A DNA stretch of 64,000 nucleotides, from the NCBI GenBank assembly GCA_964612665.1, contig CAZTCI010000006.1, forward strand, positions 77,750 to 141,749, in the 5' to 3' direction. A model generated the notes under the pieces. That model was given only the letters and a program-made list of their open reading frames with translations, searched no databases and was not told where the DNA came from. The DNA comes from an uncultured Planctomycetales bacterium (GTDB lineage: Bacteria; Omnitrophota; Gorgyraeia; Zapsychrales; JAHFFX01). Position 1 is the stretch's first letter. Every line of letters starts with the position of its first letter. The position numbers were made by a program, and so were the translations under genes. Shown piece by piece: positions 44,852 to 53,458 of the stretch.

Positions 44852-46244
44852 CAAAAGCAAAATCAATTCTCCTAAAGATAATCTTTTAGCGTTGGAAGCG
44901 AAGTATTGTTCGTGGGGCGATACGGTTCATTATGCTAAGGAATTAAATATTTTTAAAAAAGCTGAGGGGATTTATCTGTATGATCAAAATGGTATTGAAT
45001 ATCTTGATCTTCAAATGTGGTACTCGGCGGCAAATTTTGGTTACAAAAATCCACGATTGAACGAAGCCCTTAAAAAGCAAATCGATACGCTGCCTCAGTT
45101 GGCCTGTCAATATCTTCATGAAGAGAAGATACAGCTGGCAACCAAAATTGCAGAATATATGGAAAAGAAATTCGGCGTCAAAGGGCGTGTGCATTTCAAT
45201 GTCGGCGGGGCCGCGGCCATTGAAGATGCTATCAAGATTGTGCGCAGCCGCACAGGGAAGAATCTAATGTTTGCCTTTCAAGGCGGTTATCATGGACGAA
45301 CTTTGGGAGCAACAGCGATTACATCCAGCTATCGGTATCGCGAACGTTATGGTCATTTCGCCGATCGGGCAAACTTTATTCCTTATCCGTATTCGTTTCG
45401 ATGGAATGGAACCAGCTCTAAAGAGACCTGCTGTCAAGAGGCCTTGGATCAATTCAATAAGTTGTTCGAATCTGAATATTATTCCGTTGTGAATCCCAAA
45501 AATAAGAACTGCGAATTCGGGGCGTTTTTTATCGAGCCTGTGCAGGCGACGGGAGGATACATTATTCCACCGCCCGAATATTTCAAGGGCTTAAAAAAGA
45601 TTTTGGACAAATATAATATTCTTTTAGTCGACGATGAGATTCAAATGGGATTTTATCGAACCGGAAAAATGTGGGCGATTGAACATTTCGGCGTTGTGCC
45701 CGACGTTATTGTATTTGGCAAAGCATTGACTAATGGACTTAATCCCATCTCTGGCATTTGGGCGAAAGAAGAATTAATTTCGCCTGAAGTATTTCCGCCA
45801 GGTTCAACCCATTGTACGTTTTCATCTAACCCTTTAGGAACAGCCGTCGGGCTTGAGGTCATGAAACTTATTGAAGAATCCGACTTTTCTGAATCAGTTC
45901 CTCGAAAAGGAAAATATTTTGTTTCTCTTTTGAAAAAATTTCAGAAAAAATATCCTTACATCGGCGAAGTTGACGGATTGGGATTGGCAATCCGCATTGA
46001 AATGTGCCAGAAGGACGGCTTTACGCCGAATAGAGAATTAACCGATGCGATGATGAATATAGGATTAAGTGGAAAATTAACATCTGGCGGCAAGCAACGA
46101 GGTTTGATCCTTGATGTGGGCGGATATTATAAAAATGTTTTTACGTTAGCGCCTTCACTCTATATTACCGAAAAAGAAATCGGTCTTGCCGTCGATCTTT
46201 TTGAAGAAACTTTGCAAAAAGGTCTGACGCTTCTCGTTAAGTGA
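44820..46244 (+). CDS. Class-III (omega) PLP-dependent aminotransferase
   Basis: 'FIEPVQATGGYIIPPPEYFKGLKKILDKYNILLVDDEIQMGFYRTGKMWA...VIVFGKALTNGL' carries the PLP-Lys in FGKAL. RBS GAAGGAG. Confidence 0.8.
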   Translation: MALKQMATKINKSKINSPKDNLLALEAKYCSWGDTVHYAKELNIFKKAEGIYLYDQNGIEYLDLQMWYSAANFGYKNPRLNEALKKQIDTLPQLACQYLHEEKIQLATKIAEYMEKKFGVKGRVHFNVGGAAAIEDAIKIVRSRTGKNLMFAFQGGYHGRTLGATAITSSYRYRERYGHFADRANFIPYPYSFRWNGTSSKETCCQEALDQFNKLFESEYYSVVNPKNKNCEFGAFFIEPVQATGGYIIPPPEYFKGLKKILDKYNILLVDDEIQMGFYRTGKMWAIEHFGVVPDVIVFGKALTNGLNPISGIWAKEELISPEVFPPGSTHCTFSSNPLGTAVGLEVMKLIEESDFSESVPRKGKYFVSLLKKFQKKYPYIGEVDGLGLAIRIEMCQKDGFTPNRELTDAMMNIGLSGKLTSGGKQRGLILDVGGYYKNVFTLAPSLYITEKEIGLAVDLFEETLQKGLTLLVK

Positions 46245-46283
46245 GCCTTCTAAGAAGAATATATTTAACCAATGAGAGGAACA

Positions 46284-47051
46284 ATGACAGTGAAAAACAT
46301 GAATAAGGTTGCTCAAATCACCGCATTTTTTTGGGTCATGAAAATCTTAGCCACTACCTTGGGCGAAACATTCGGCGATCTTCTCTCGATGACTTTGAAT
46401 CTTGGATATATCACAAGTCTGATAATTACGACGGGCTTTTTTTTGTTGGCACTTGTTATGCAGTTGCAATCCAAAAGATTTCATCCGGTTCTTTATTGGA
46501 CGGTCATTGTTGGAACAACAACGGTGGGGACGGAGATTTCCGATTTAATGGACCGGACGCTCAAACTAGGATACATGATGGGATCATGTGTCCTAGTTTC
46601 TTGCTTATTGATTTCGCTTGCTGTCTGGTATTGGAACGAGAAAAAACTTGAAGTTTATCCTATCTGTACGAAAAAAGAAGAAACATTTTATTGGGTCACT
46701 GTTTTATTTTCGAACAGTTTAGGTACGGCTTTCGGCGATTTTTTAAGTGATAATATGAGGCTTAGTTATGTCGGCGGTGCTTTTGTGTGTGCTGGTATTA
46801 TCGCGCTTGTCATTCTTCTTCATTACTTTACCCGAATAAATCAGGTTCTATTATTTTGGATCGCGTTTGTATTTACACGTCCCTTCGGGGCGACTTTTGG
46901 AGATCTTCTCACCAAGCCTATTGTCAAAGGCGGTCTCAATCTAGGAACCCTTCCTGCCTCTATCGTAACGGCCTCATTGTTGGCCATCATATTAATTTAT
47001 ATGAACGCAATTGAGAAAAAAAACCATGTCATGGAAAGTGCTCATTCATAA
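46284..47051 (+). CDS. Membrane protein with 'GET-x-GD' repeats (COG4705-like), paralog of 32892..34076
   Basis: See the paralog. RBS GAGAGG before ATG 46284. Confidence 0.5.
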   Translation: MTVKNMNKVAQITAFFWVMKILATTLGETFGDLLSMTLNLGYITSLIITTGFFLLALVMQLQSKRFHPVLYWTVIVGTTTVGTEISDLMDRTLKLGYMMGSCVLVSCLLISLAVWYWNEKKLEVYPICTKKEETFYWVTVLFSNSLGTAFGDFLSDNMRLSYVGGAFVCAGIIALVILLHYFTRINQVLLFWIAFVFTRPFGATFGDLLTKPIVKGGLNLGTLPASIVTASLLAIILIYMNAIEKKNHVMESAHS

Positions 47052-47079
47052 CGCAATTGCGTCGTGATTACTTAAATAA

Positions 47080-48015
47080 ATGTTATCTGATTCCCTACGC
47101 ATATTGAATTTCGATGACAGCCTTACCAATCAAAAACAGCTTCTTCAGAAATACCACCCTGTTACCGTCGATCTCAAAGATATCGGCCCGTTTTGCCGTC
47201 TTTATTTAAACAGTAAAGACACGGATCATATCCGTCAACAGCTGGAGCCAGGTTTTAAAAACGCCATTACATTTTTAGGATCCGGCGATTTTCATCATGT
47301 CTCCGCGCTTTTAGTTGAACAATTTACTGAACCCCTTACCCTTATCGTCTTTGATTTTCATCCCGATTGGGATATCCTGCCGCCTAAATTAGGATACGGG
47401 TCTTGGATTACCTATATTCTCAATCGCCCGAATGTTAGAAAAATCATACTTTTGGGCGTTTCCTCCGACGACATATCTACTTTCTCCATCCAAACCGGAA
47501 ATTTTAAGGCGTTAGATAAAGACCGCGTCGAAATTTATCCTTACAAACATCAACCGACCCTCATGGCGTTCAAAGGACTTCCCCGTAAAACTTTGTCTGT
47601 GCGCATGGAACGGAAAACTTTATGCACCAAAATATATTGGAAAACATTAAAAGATGTTTCTCTCTCAGATTTTTTCAAGGATTTATTAAAGAGGATTGAA
47701 ACAAAACAAGTCTACGTCAGCGTGGATAAGGATTGCTTGAAATCAGAATACGCGTTAACGAATTGGGAAGAAGGCTGCATGGATTTAGACGATGTGCTTT
47801 TATTGTTAGGCTTAATTAAAAAGCAACTTGATATTGTGGGGCTGGATATAATTGGTGATTATTCTCCGGCCAACGTGGCGGGGATTTTTAAAAAATTTTT
47901 GTATCATTCTGACCATCCCAAGAAGTTTCCGGCAAAAGACAAAACTTCAAATGAAATTAAAGCAGTCAATGAACAAACAAATCTTAGGATTTTGGAATTG
48001 CTTAAAGGTCGGTAG
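47080..48015 (+). CDS. Arginase/deacetylase-fold (ureohydrolase/UPF0489-like) protein
   Basis: Motifs 'FLGSGDFHHVS' (compare GGDHS), 'FDFHPDWD' (DxHxD) and 'YVSVDKDCL' (SxDxD) resemble the arginase-family metal-binding motifs. Confidence 0.45.
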   Translation: MLSDSLRILNFDDSLTNQKQLLQKYHPVTVDLKDIGPFCRLYLNSKDTDHIRQQLEPGFKNAITFLGSGDFHHVSALLVEQFTEPLTLIVFDFHPDWDILPPKLGYGSWITYILNRPNVRKIILLGVSSDDISTFSIQTGNFKALDKDRVEIYPYKHQPTLMAFKGLPRKTLSVRMERKTLCTKIYWKTLKDVSLSDFFKDLLKRIETKQVYVSVDKDCLKSEYALTNWEEGCMDLDDVLLLLGLIKKQLDIVGLDIIGDYSPANVAGIFKKFLYHSDHPKKFPAKDKTSNEIKAVNEQTNLRILELLKGR

Positions 48016-48018
48016 AAC

Positions 48019-48393
48019 CTAACGAATAGCAACGAGAAGTATTCCTATCAGAATTAAAAGCGCTCCCAGGAGGCGGGTTTTATCGATGTGTTCTTTGAGA
48101 AAAAAATGGGCCGCGGCAAAGATAATCAAATAATGAATACTGCTCAGAGGAATGGCTACGCTTAAATTTAAACTGGCTAAGACGATCAACCATATCCACC
48201 ATGTTGCCCATGTCATGATAAAGCCCAGCCAAATGAGAGGAGATTTCAGGACTTTTTTAAGAAAAACAAAATAGCTTTCGAGGCGGCGGAAATTGGTGAT
48301 TTCCAGATTTTTTACACCTTTCTTAAAGAAAACCTGTTCAGCGGCGATGAATATTTCGTGGGCGATTATGAGTAAAAAGATTTTTAAGCTCAT
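48019..48393 (-). CDS. EamA/SMR-like 4-TM small membrane protein
   Basis: Internal start MSLKIFLL... at 48391-48393 overlaps the upstream stop (ATGA). The 4-TM topology is typical of the EamA half-domain. Confidence 0.5.
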   Translation of the reverse strand: MSLKIFLLIIAHEIFIAAEQVFFKKGVKNLEITNFRRLESYFVFLKKVLKSPLIWLGFIMTWATWWIWLIVLASLNLSVAIPLSSIHYLIIFAAAHFFLKEHIDKTRLLGALLILIGILLVAIR

Positions 48394-49931
48394 GACTGCT
48401 GGCGATTTTGTTGTGTTGTTTTTGAGACAAGAAATACACCGGTTATGATTAAGGCAATTCCCAGCCATTGCAGTAGCGTTACGTGTTCATGCAGGAATAT
48501 AAGGGATAATATTGGGACAATTACATACGTCGTACAACCCAAAGGAAAAGCTACACTCAAGTCTACTTTTGAAAGGGCAATGATCCATAGCAAAAAATTG
48601 ATCAGATACACGCCAACGCCAATCCAAAGCCAATGCGTAGTTAATAATTGAGAAGTGAAATAAAAAAGATTAGGCAACGTAATGTTGCTAATTCCTATGG
48701 TCATTGTGCTTTTTTTGAAAAAAAGATCGGCAATCGATTCGGCGACGTCGGCTAAGAAAATGAGGAGGAATATTTTTAACAAAAAACGATTTGGCTTTTT
48801 TTTCATGGATTTAAGAACGGGATCGAAATTTTCCGGCTTTAAAAAAGCACATACGATGCCAAATATAGCATTGATCAGGGTGTTACGGTGCCTGACGAGG
48901 ACGTAGGAAGGATTAAATTTGAAATCCAAATGTTTTTTAGGATCGTAATTTAATGTGCCTCCCTGAAAAACACGGATATTATTTTGAAGGCACCAATTAA
49001 AAATATCGCGAAAAGTCACGTGGTAAAGATGGTATTGATAGGCGACCGTATAATCTAACCCGATATACTCGTCGCTGAGAATGCCATTCGCCACAAGGCA
49101 CAGATCGAAGGCTGCGAGTTTTTCGTCGATCCACCAAAGAAAAAATCTTGTTTCGCCCGGCATATTTTGAGAAATTTTCGCGAAGAATTCTCTGGTTAAC
49201 TTTTCAAACTGGATTTCGCTTTTATTCAATGTGTTGAGATAAAGTTGATAGACTTTTTCCAGACGCGTTTTATCCAGAATATTCACGACCTCCATTTTAA
49301 TCGGGGACAAATTTTCTATTTCTTTAAATTTCCGCCGGGTGCTTTTTCGCGTCGCTTTGCTAAGAGAGGTTAAATAATGGTCGAAAGAATTAAAATTTAT
49401 GGCAAGCTCAGTTGTTGGGTAACTTTCCATGCGATGAAACCCGTTTTTCGGAAGTAATTTTAAGGTGTTTAAGGATTCCTGGGAAAAATCTTTGAAGGCG
49501 ATGAGATGCGCTTTTTTTTCACAGCCGACGGCGAACAGGGCATTGACCAGTGTTTGAACAATTTCAGGCCGAGAAGATTCTTTAAGACCGATTCTCCCCT
49601 CGGAAACAGGAAATCCACAGACGAGGGCTTTGAGCGTAAATAGTTTTGGCTTTTTCTTTTTGAGCCATTCCGTAACTTTTTTTAATATCCCTTCAACCGT
49701 TGTGTCTAGAGAATAATCAAGGATGAAACAAGGCGCAATACATACAATTTCCTCTTTTTCGTAAATGATGACATAGTATGATGTGAATTGTTCATAAAGC
49801 GTCTCTTCAATGGTTTTGAAAAAATTATAATTTTGCGGAACGGAGGGGAAGATGGCATTCCAGTCACTTTTATTAATTTGAGTGATGGAGTCGACAATTT
49901 GAATTTGGAATGGGTTGGAAAGATTTTTCAT
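48390..49931 (-). CDS. FemAB-like/GNAT (BioF2-like acetyltransferase) domain fused to a C-terminal EamA-like 4-TM domain
   Basis: The N-terminal ~380 aa carry FemAB/Acetyltransf_6-type features. The C-terminus 'LWIGVGVYLINFLLWIIALSKVDLSVAFPLGCTTYVIVPILSLIFLHEHV...LVSK' is EamA-like. Start ambiguous: the ORF-track TTG at 49970 would overlap the divergent downstream gene. Confidence 0.55.
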   Translation of the reverse strand: MKNLSNPFQIQIVDSITQINKSDWNAIFPSVPQNYNFFKTIEETLYEQFTSYYVIIYEKEEIVCIAPCFILDYSLDTTVEGILKKVTEWLKKKKPKLFTLKALVCGFPVSEGRIGLKESSRPEIVQTLVNALFAVGCEKKAHLIAFKDFSQESLNTLKLLPKNGFHRMESYPTTELAINFNSFDHYLTSLSKATRKSTRRKFKEIENLSPIKMEVVNILDKTRLEKVYQLYLNTLNKSEIQFEKLTREFFAKISQNMPGETRFFLWWIDEKLAAFDLCLVANGILSDEYIGLDYTVAYQYHLYHVTFRDIFNWCLQNNIRVFQGGTLNYDPKKHLDFKFNPSYVLVRHRNTLINAIFGIVCAFLKPENFDPVLKSMKKKPNRFLLKIFLLIFLADVAESIADLFFKKSTMTIGISNITLPNLFYFTSQLLTTHWLWIGVGVYLINFLLWIIALSKVDLSVAFPLGCTTYVIVPILSLIFLHEHVTLLQWLGIALIITGVFLVSKTTQQNRQQS

Positions 49932-49990
49932 AGGTATAGCATAATAAACATTACACTTTGAGAAGGTCAATCAATAAAGTTTTAATTTAT

Positions 49991-52003
49991 ATGAAGACCG
50001 TTGAATTCAAACCGAGAGTGACAAACAAATATTTTTTAATACTGGTTGGCTTAGCTGTATTCATAAAATTTATTCTGTTTCTCTTCGCCGAAATCAACGC
50101 CCCGCAAAGTAAATTTATGCCTGACTCCTCTGAATATTTAAATGCCGGAGAAATATTAATGTCCGAGAAAGCTTTTGCGCTCCGCAATGCCGACGGATCT
50201 TTGCATTATGAATTCAGAAGGACCCCCGGATATCCCCTTTTCGTCGGTGTTTTAAATAAATTAATGAAGATTCCTTTCAATGGAATCATTTTTATACAAG
50301 TCCTTTTAACCGTACTGGTCGGGTTGATTACTTATAAAACGGCGTTAGAGATAGAACCTGAATCGGCACTTTTAAGTATGGTGCTCGTTTTATATTCTCC
50401 GATTCTTTCCATCTATTCATTAATGCTTATTACTGAAGCACTGTTTGTTTTTTTGATAAGCTTGTTTATGTTTTATTTTGTTAAGTATCTGAAGAGCGGG
50501 GAAACCATAACGCTTTTATTTTCTGCTTTAACACTCGTTTGTGCTGTCTATGTAAGGCCCGGCGGATATTTTTTGGGAATCGTAACCGCTTTGTTTATTT
50601 TTCAGGTCAAGGTCCATGAGAATATCAAAAAAGCCATTTTACATTCTTTTATTTTTCTGGTCGTCGTGTATGGATTATTAGGTCTTTGGCAAGTCAGAAA
50701 TCTTTTCGTTTTTGGTAACCCTGAATTTAGCAGCATTCTCCACTCGGATCCGGCTAATTTCGGATTGTATAACAGTTATTTAAGAAATAAAGATATATAT
50801 ACGCAAGGAATGGGTCCGGTTCAATATTATATTAATGTGACCTGGCGTTGTTTTTTGTCCTTAATGACCCGGCCGGGATCTTTAAAATATTTCCATTGCC
50901 AGGGCTTGACAGCTTTTGAAAAAGGGTTGGGTTATCTTTGGGTCAGCTTCTGGATGAGTGGATTGCTATATGGTATCACAAAGACGGGGCGTAATAGGTA
51001 CTATCAATTTTTTATGCTTGTTATAATTTACTTTGTCTGCGGTAGTATTATGAGTGAGATGTGGCTGGTGGGAGAAAGATTAAGGGTGCCGATTGTTCCT
51101 TTTATCGCTATTCTCTCGGCCTATGGATGGATAGAAATAATCTCACTTATTAAAAGTAGAAGGACCCCGCGGATAATTCTTAAACAAATCTTTGAGTGGA
51201 TGACCGGAAGAGAACAAATTAAAAAGATTCTCAAACGTCTTTTTTTAACGACTTTATTTATTGCGGTTGTTACGACACTTGGATTTCTAATTTGGATTCA
51301 GAATCAATATGTCGTTCCTATTATGATGTATCACAGCGTTTCTTTGGCCGATGAAAGCCCTTTGAATGTGGTTAGCCCGAAATCATTTGCCAACCAAATG
51401 GAGTACTTAAAAAAACATGAGTACAAAATTATTAGCTTGGATGATTATGTGGAGAGAAACAAGGCAAAAAAAGAGTTCCCGCATAAAACGGTTGTGATTA
51501 CTTTTGATGATGGATACCGGGATAATTATAAAAATGCGTTTCCTATCATTAAGCAATATCATTTCCCAGTCACTATTTTCTTGATTTCTGATTACGTGGG
51601 CGTCAATCTAAATCTTTTGACTTGGAATCAGGTCAAGGAAATGGCACACGATGGCATTGAGTTTGGCAGCCATACCCGTCATCATATGTACCTTCCGGAA
51701 GCGACCGACGAACAACTTAAAGATGAAATAATCGATAGCAAGCGCATCATTGAAGAACATTTAAATAAACCAGTGAATTATATCGCTTACCCTAGTGGCG
51801 GTTTCAGTGAACAGATTAAAGGTATCGTGGCTCTGGCAGGGTATAAAGCTGCTTTGACCACAAACCGAGGATATGATCGATATAATATTGATCTTTATGA
51901 ACTAAGCCGTATCCGCATTAATAATGGCGATAATGGGATTATCCTTTGGTTTAAATTATCGGGTTACTATAATCTTTTCCGTAAATTAAGACCTTCGCAT
52001 TAA
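49991..52003 (+). CDS. Multi-TM (GT-C/PMT-ArnT-like) membrane domain fused to a C-terminal polysaccharide deacetylase (NodB) domain
   Basis: ~10 TM N-terminal region. The C-terminus 'KTVVITFDDGYRDNYKNAFPII...GIEFGSHTRHHMYLP' has the NodB motifs TFDDG and H..HH. Confidence 0.65.
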   Translation: MKTVEFKPRVTNKYFLILVGLAVFIKFILFLFAEINAPQSKFMPDSSEYLNAGEILMSEKAFALRNADGSLHYEFRRTPGYPLFVGVLNKLMKIPFNGIIFIQVLLTVLVGLITYKTALEIEPESALLSMVLVLYSPILSIYSLMLITEALFVFLISLFMFYFVKYLKSGETITLLFSALTLVCAVYVRPGGYFLGIVTALFIFQVKVHENIKKAILHSFIFLVVVYGLLGLWQVRNLFVFGNPEFSSILHSDPANFGLYNSYLRNKDIYTQGMGPVQYYINVTWRCFLSLMTRPGSLKYFHCQGLTAFEKGLGYLWVSFWMSGLLYGITKTGRNRYYQFFMLVIIYFVCGSIMSEMWLVGERLRVPIVPFIAILSAYGWIEIISLIKSRRTPRIILKQIFEWMTGREQIKKILKRLFLTTLFIAVVTTLGFLIWIQNQYVVPIMMYHSVSLADESPLNVVSPKSFANQMEYLKKHEYKIISLDDYVERNKAKKEFPHKTVVITFDDGYRDNYKNAFPIIKQYHFPVTIFLISDYVGVNLNLLTWNQVKEMAHDGIEFGSHTRHHMYLPEATDEQLKDEIIDSKRIIEEHLNKPVNYIAYPSGGFSEQIKGIVALAGYKAALTTNRGYDRYNIDLYELSRIRINNGDNGIILWFKLSGYYNLFRKLRPSH

Positions 52004-52039
52004 GTAATTTGGGGCCAATAAAGATTTTTTTGTTGAAAA

Positions 52040-52144
52040 TTTTCCTTTATTACTGGCCTTTTCCTTTCCAAAGATAAATCGTTCTTTTCGTTATCGAAGA
52101 GAAAAGGCCTAGTACTAGACTTTTGCAATGCAAAAGTCAGTAAG
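52040..52144 (-). repeat. Dispersed repeat family B, copy 2 (inverted orientation)
   Basis: The reverse complement aligns with 28080..28177. Hairpin 1 is perfect (GACTTTTGCattGCAAAAGTC). Hairpin 2 stem is retained (GGCCTTTTC/GAAAAGGCC) while the loop diverges. Confidence 0.7.
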
Positions 52145-52165
52145 TGGTTTTCTTGATTATTAAGA

Positions 52166-53458
52166 ATGAGAAATAATAATTTATATCGGGGTATCATTCT
52201 TCTTTTGTTAACGCCTAATTGCCTGTGGGCTGGAGAACCGCTCAGCCTCAACGACTGTTTTAAGGCAGCACTCAAAAGAAGTGAAGTTCTCGCCAATCAG
52301 CAGGAGTTGGTTGTTCAAGCCGAGGAAAATTATCATCGAGCGTGGGGCGCTATCCTTCCAGACGTCAACAGTTCTTTTTCTTACTTCCACCAACATGCTT
52401 CCGGACTTACCAGTTCAGGCAATACGGACTCTTCCGTCGGGCAACAAACTTTAAAATTTACAGCCGATCAACCTTTATTTAGAGGTTTCAGGGATTTTGC
52501 CGCTTTGCATGCGACGAAAGACTTTATTACGGCGCAGGAAGAATCCCGACGATGGGCTGGTCTGCAGCTTTATCGGGATGTGTCAAGGGCTTTTTATGCC
52601 CGCTTGGCTGTTCAGAAGGATCTGGAGATTCTGGATAAGGAATTGGATCAATACCAAGCAAGAATTAAAGAACTTCAGGATAGGCTTAAGATTGGTCGCT
52701 CAAGGACCACCGAAGTGCTTACCATACAATCGGCCCAGGCGATTCTCAAAGCTCAACGAGAACAAGTCTTAGGACAGTTGGATGTCGCTAAAGAAGTGCT
52801 GGCTTTTCTGACAGGTTTAGATGAAGACATTGAATTGGATAATACCGACGATATTTGTTTTGACAATATCGGATCGTTAGATAACTATCAGTCTAAGTTT
52901 AAGGAAAGACCCGATATCCTGGCCGCCAGAAGAAATTTGGAAGCTTTCAAATCTAAAGTTTCCGTTGCCAAAGGAGCTTATTTACCGTCGATCGATTTGA
53001 TCGGCAATTATTATGAAGAGCGGCCTGACCTTCACAAAAACGGAGACTGGGATATGGAACTGGTTGTCACGTTACCGATTTTTACCGGCGGAATTATTTC
53101 GTCGGATGTCAAGACCGCTGAATCCCAGAAACGCCAGAGCGAAATACAATTGAGCCAAGTGGAGCGGATGGCCCTCGAGGAAATCCGTTCGCTGCACCAT
53201 AACCTCAAGGCCGATCTGGCCCAGTTGTCCGCCCTTCAAGAAGCATTCAACATAGCGCAAGAAAATTACCAAGCTAATCTTAAAGACTACGAGTTGAATC
53301 TTGTTACTAATCTCGATGTACTACAGGCGCTCACCACTTATCAGGATACGCAACGTTCCCTAGAAAAGATCCGCTACCTCGCCAAGATTGACTACTCACA
53401 ACTGGAAGCCGCTGTCGCTCATCCTCTTTCTTTTATGAAAGGTCTCGAAAAACCATGA
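52166..53458 (+). CDS. Outer-membrane efflux protein (TolC/OprM family)
   Basis: Signal peptide and two OEP repeats. Stop overlaps the RND start (ATGA). Confidence 0.8.
   Translation: MRNNNLYRGIILLLLTPNCLWAGEPLSLNDCFKAALKRSEVLANQQELVVQAEENYHRAWGAILPDVNSSFSYFHQHASGLTSSGNTDSSVGQQTLKFTADQPLFRGFRDFAALHATKDFITAQEESRRWAGLQLYRDVSRAFYARLAVQKDLEILDKELDQYQARIKELQDRLKIGRSRTTEVLTIQSAQAILKAQREQVLGQLDVAKEVLAFLTGLDEDIELDNTDDICFDNIGSLDNYQSKFKERPDILAARRNLEAFKSKVSVAKGAYLPSIDLIGNYYEERPDLHKNGDWDMELVVTLPIFTGGIISSDVKTAESQKRQSEIQLSQVERMALEEIRSLHHNLKADLAQLSALQEAFNIAQENYQANLKDYELNLVTNLDVLQALTTYQDTQRSLEKIRYLAKIDYSQLEAAVAHPLSFMKGLEKP

Noticed and set aside
49958-49990. Overlapping divergent starts (plus ORF from 49958, minus ORF from TTG 49970)
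   Set aside because: Head-on overlapping N-termini are implausible. I chose internal starts (49991 for the plus gene, 49931 for the minus gene) that begin at the hydrophobic/conserved regions. The exact starts remain uncertain.
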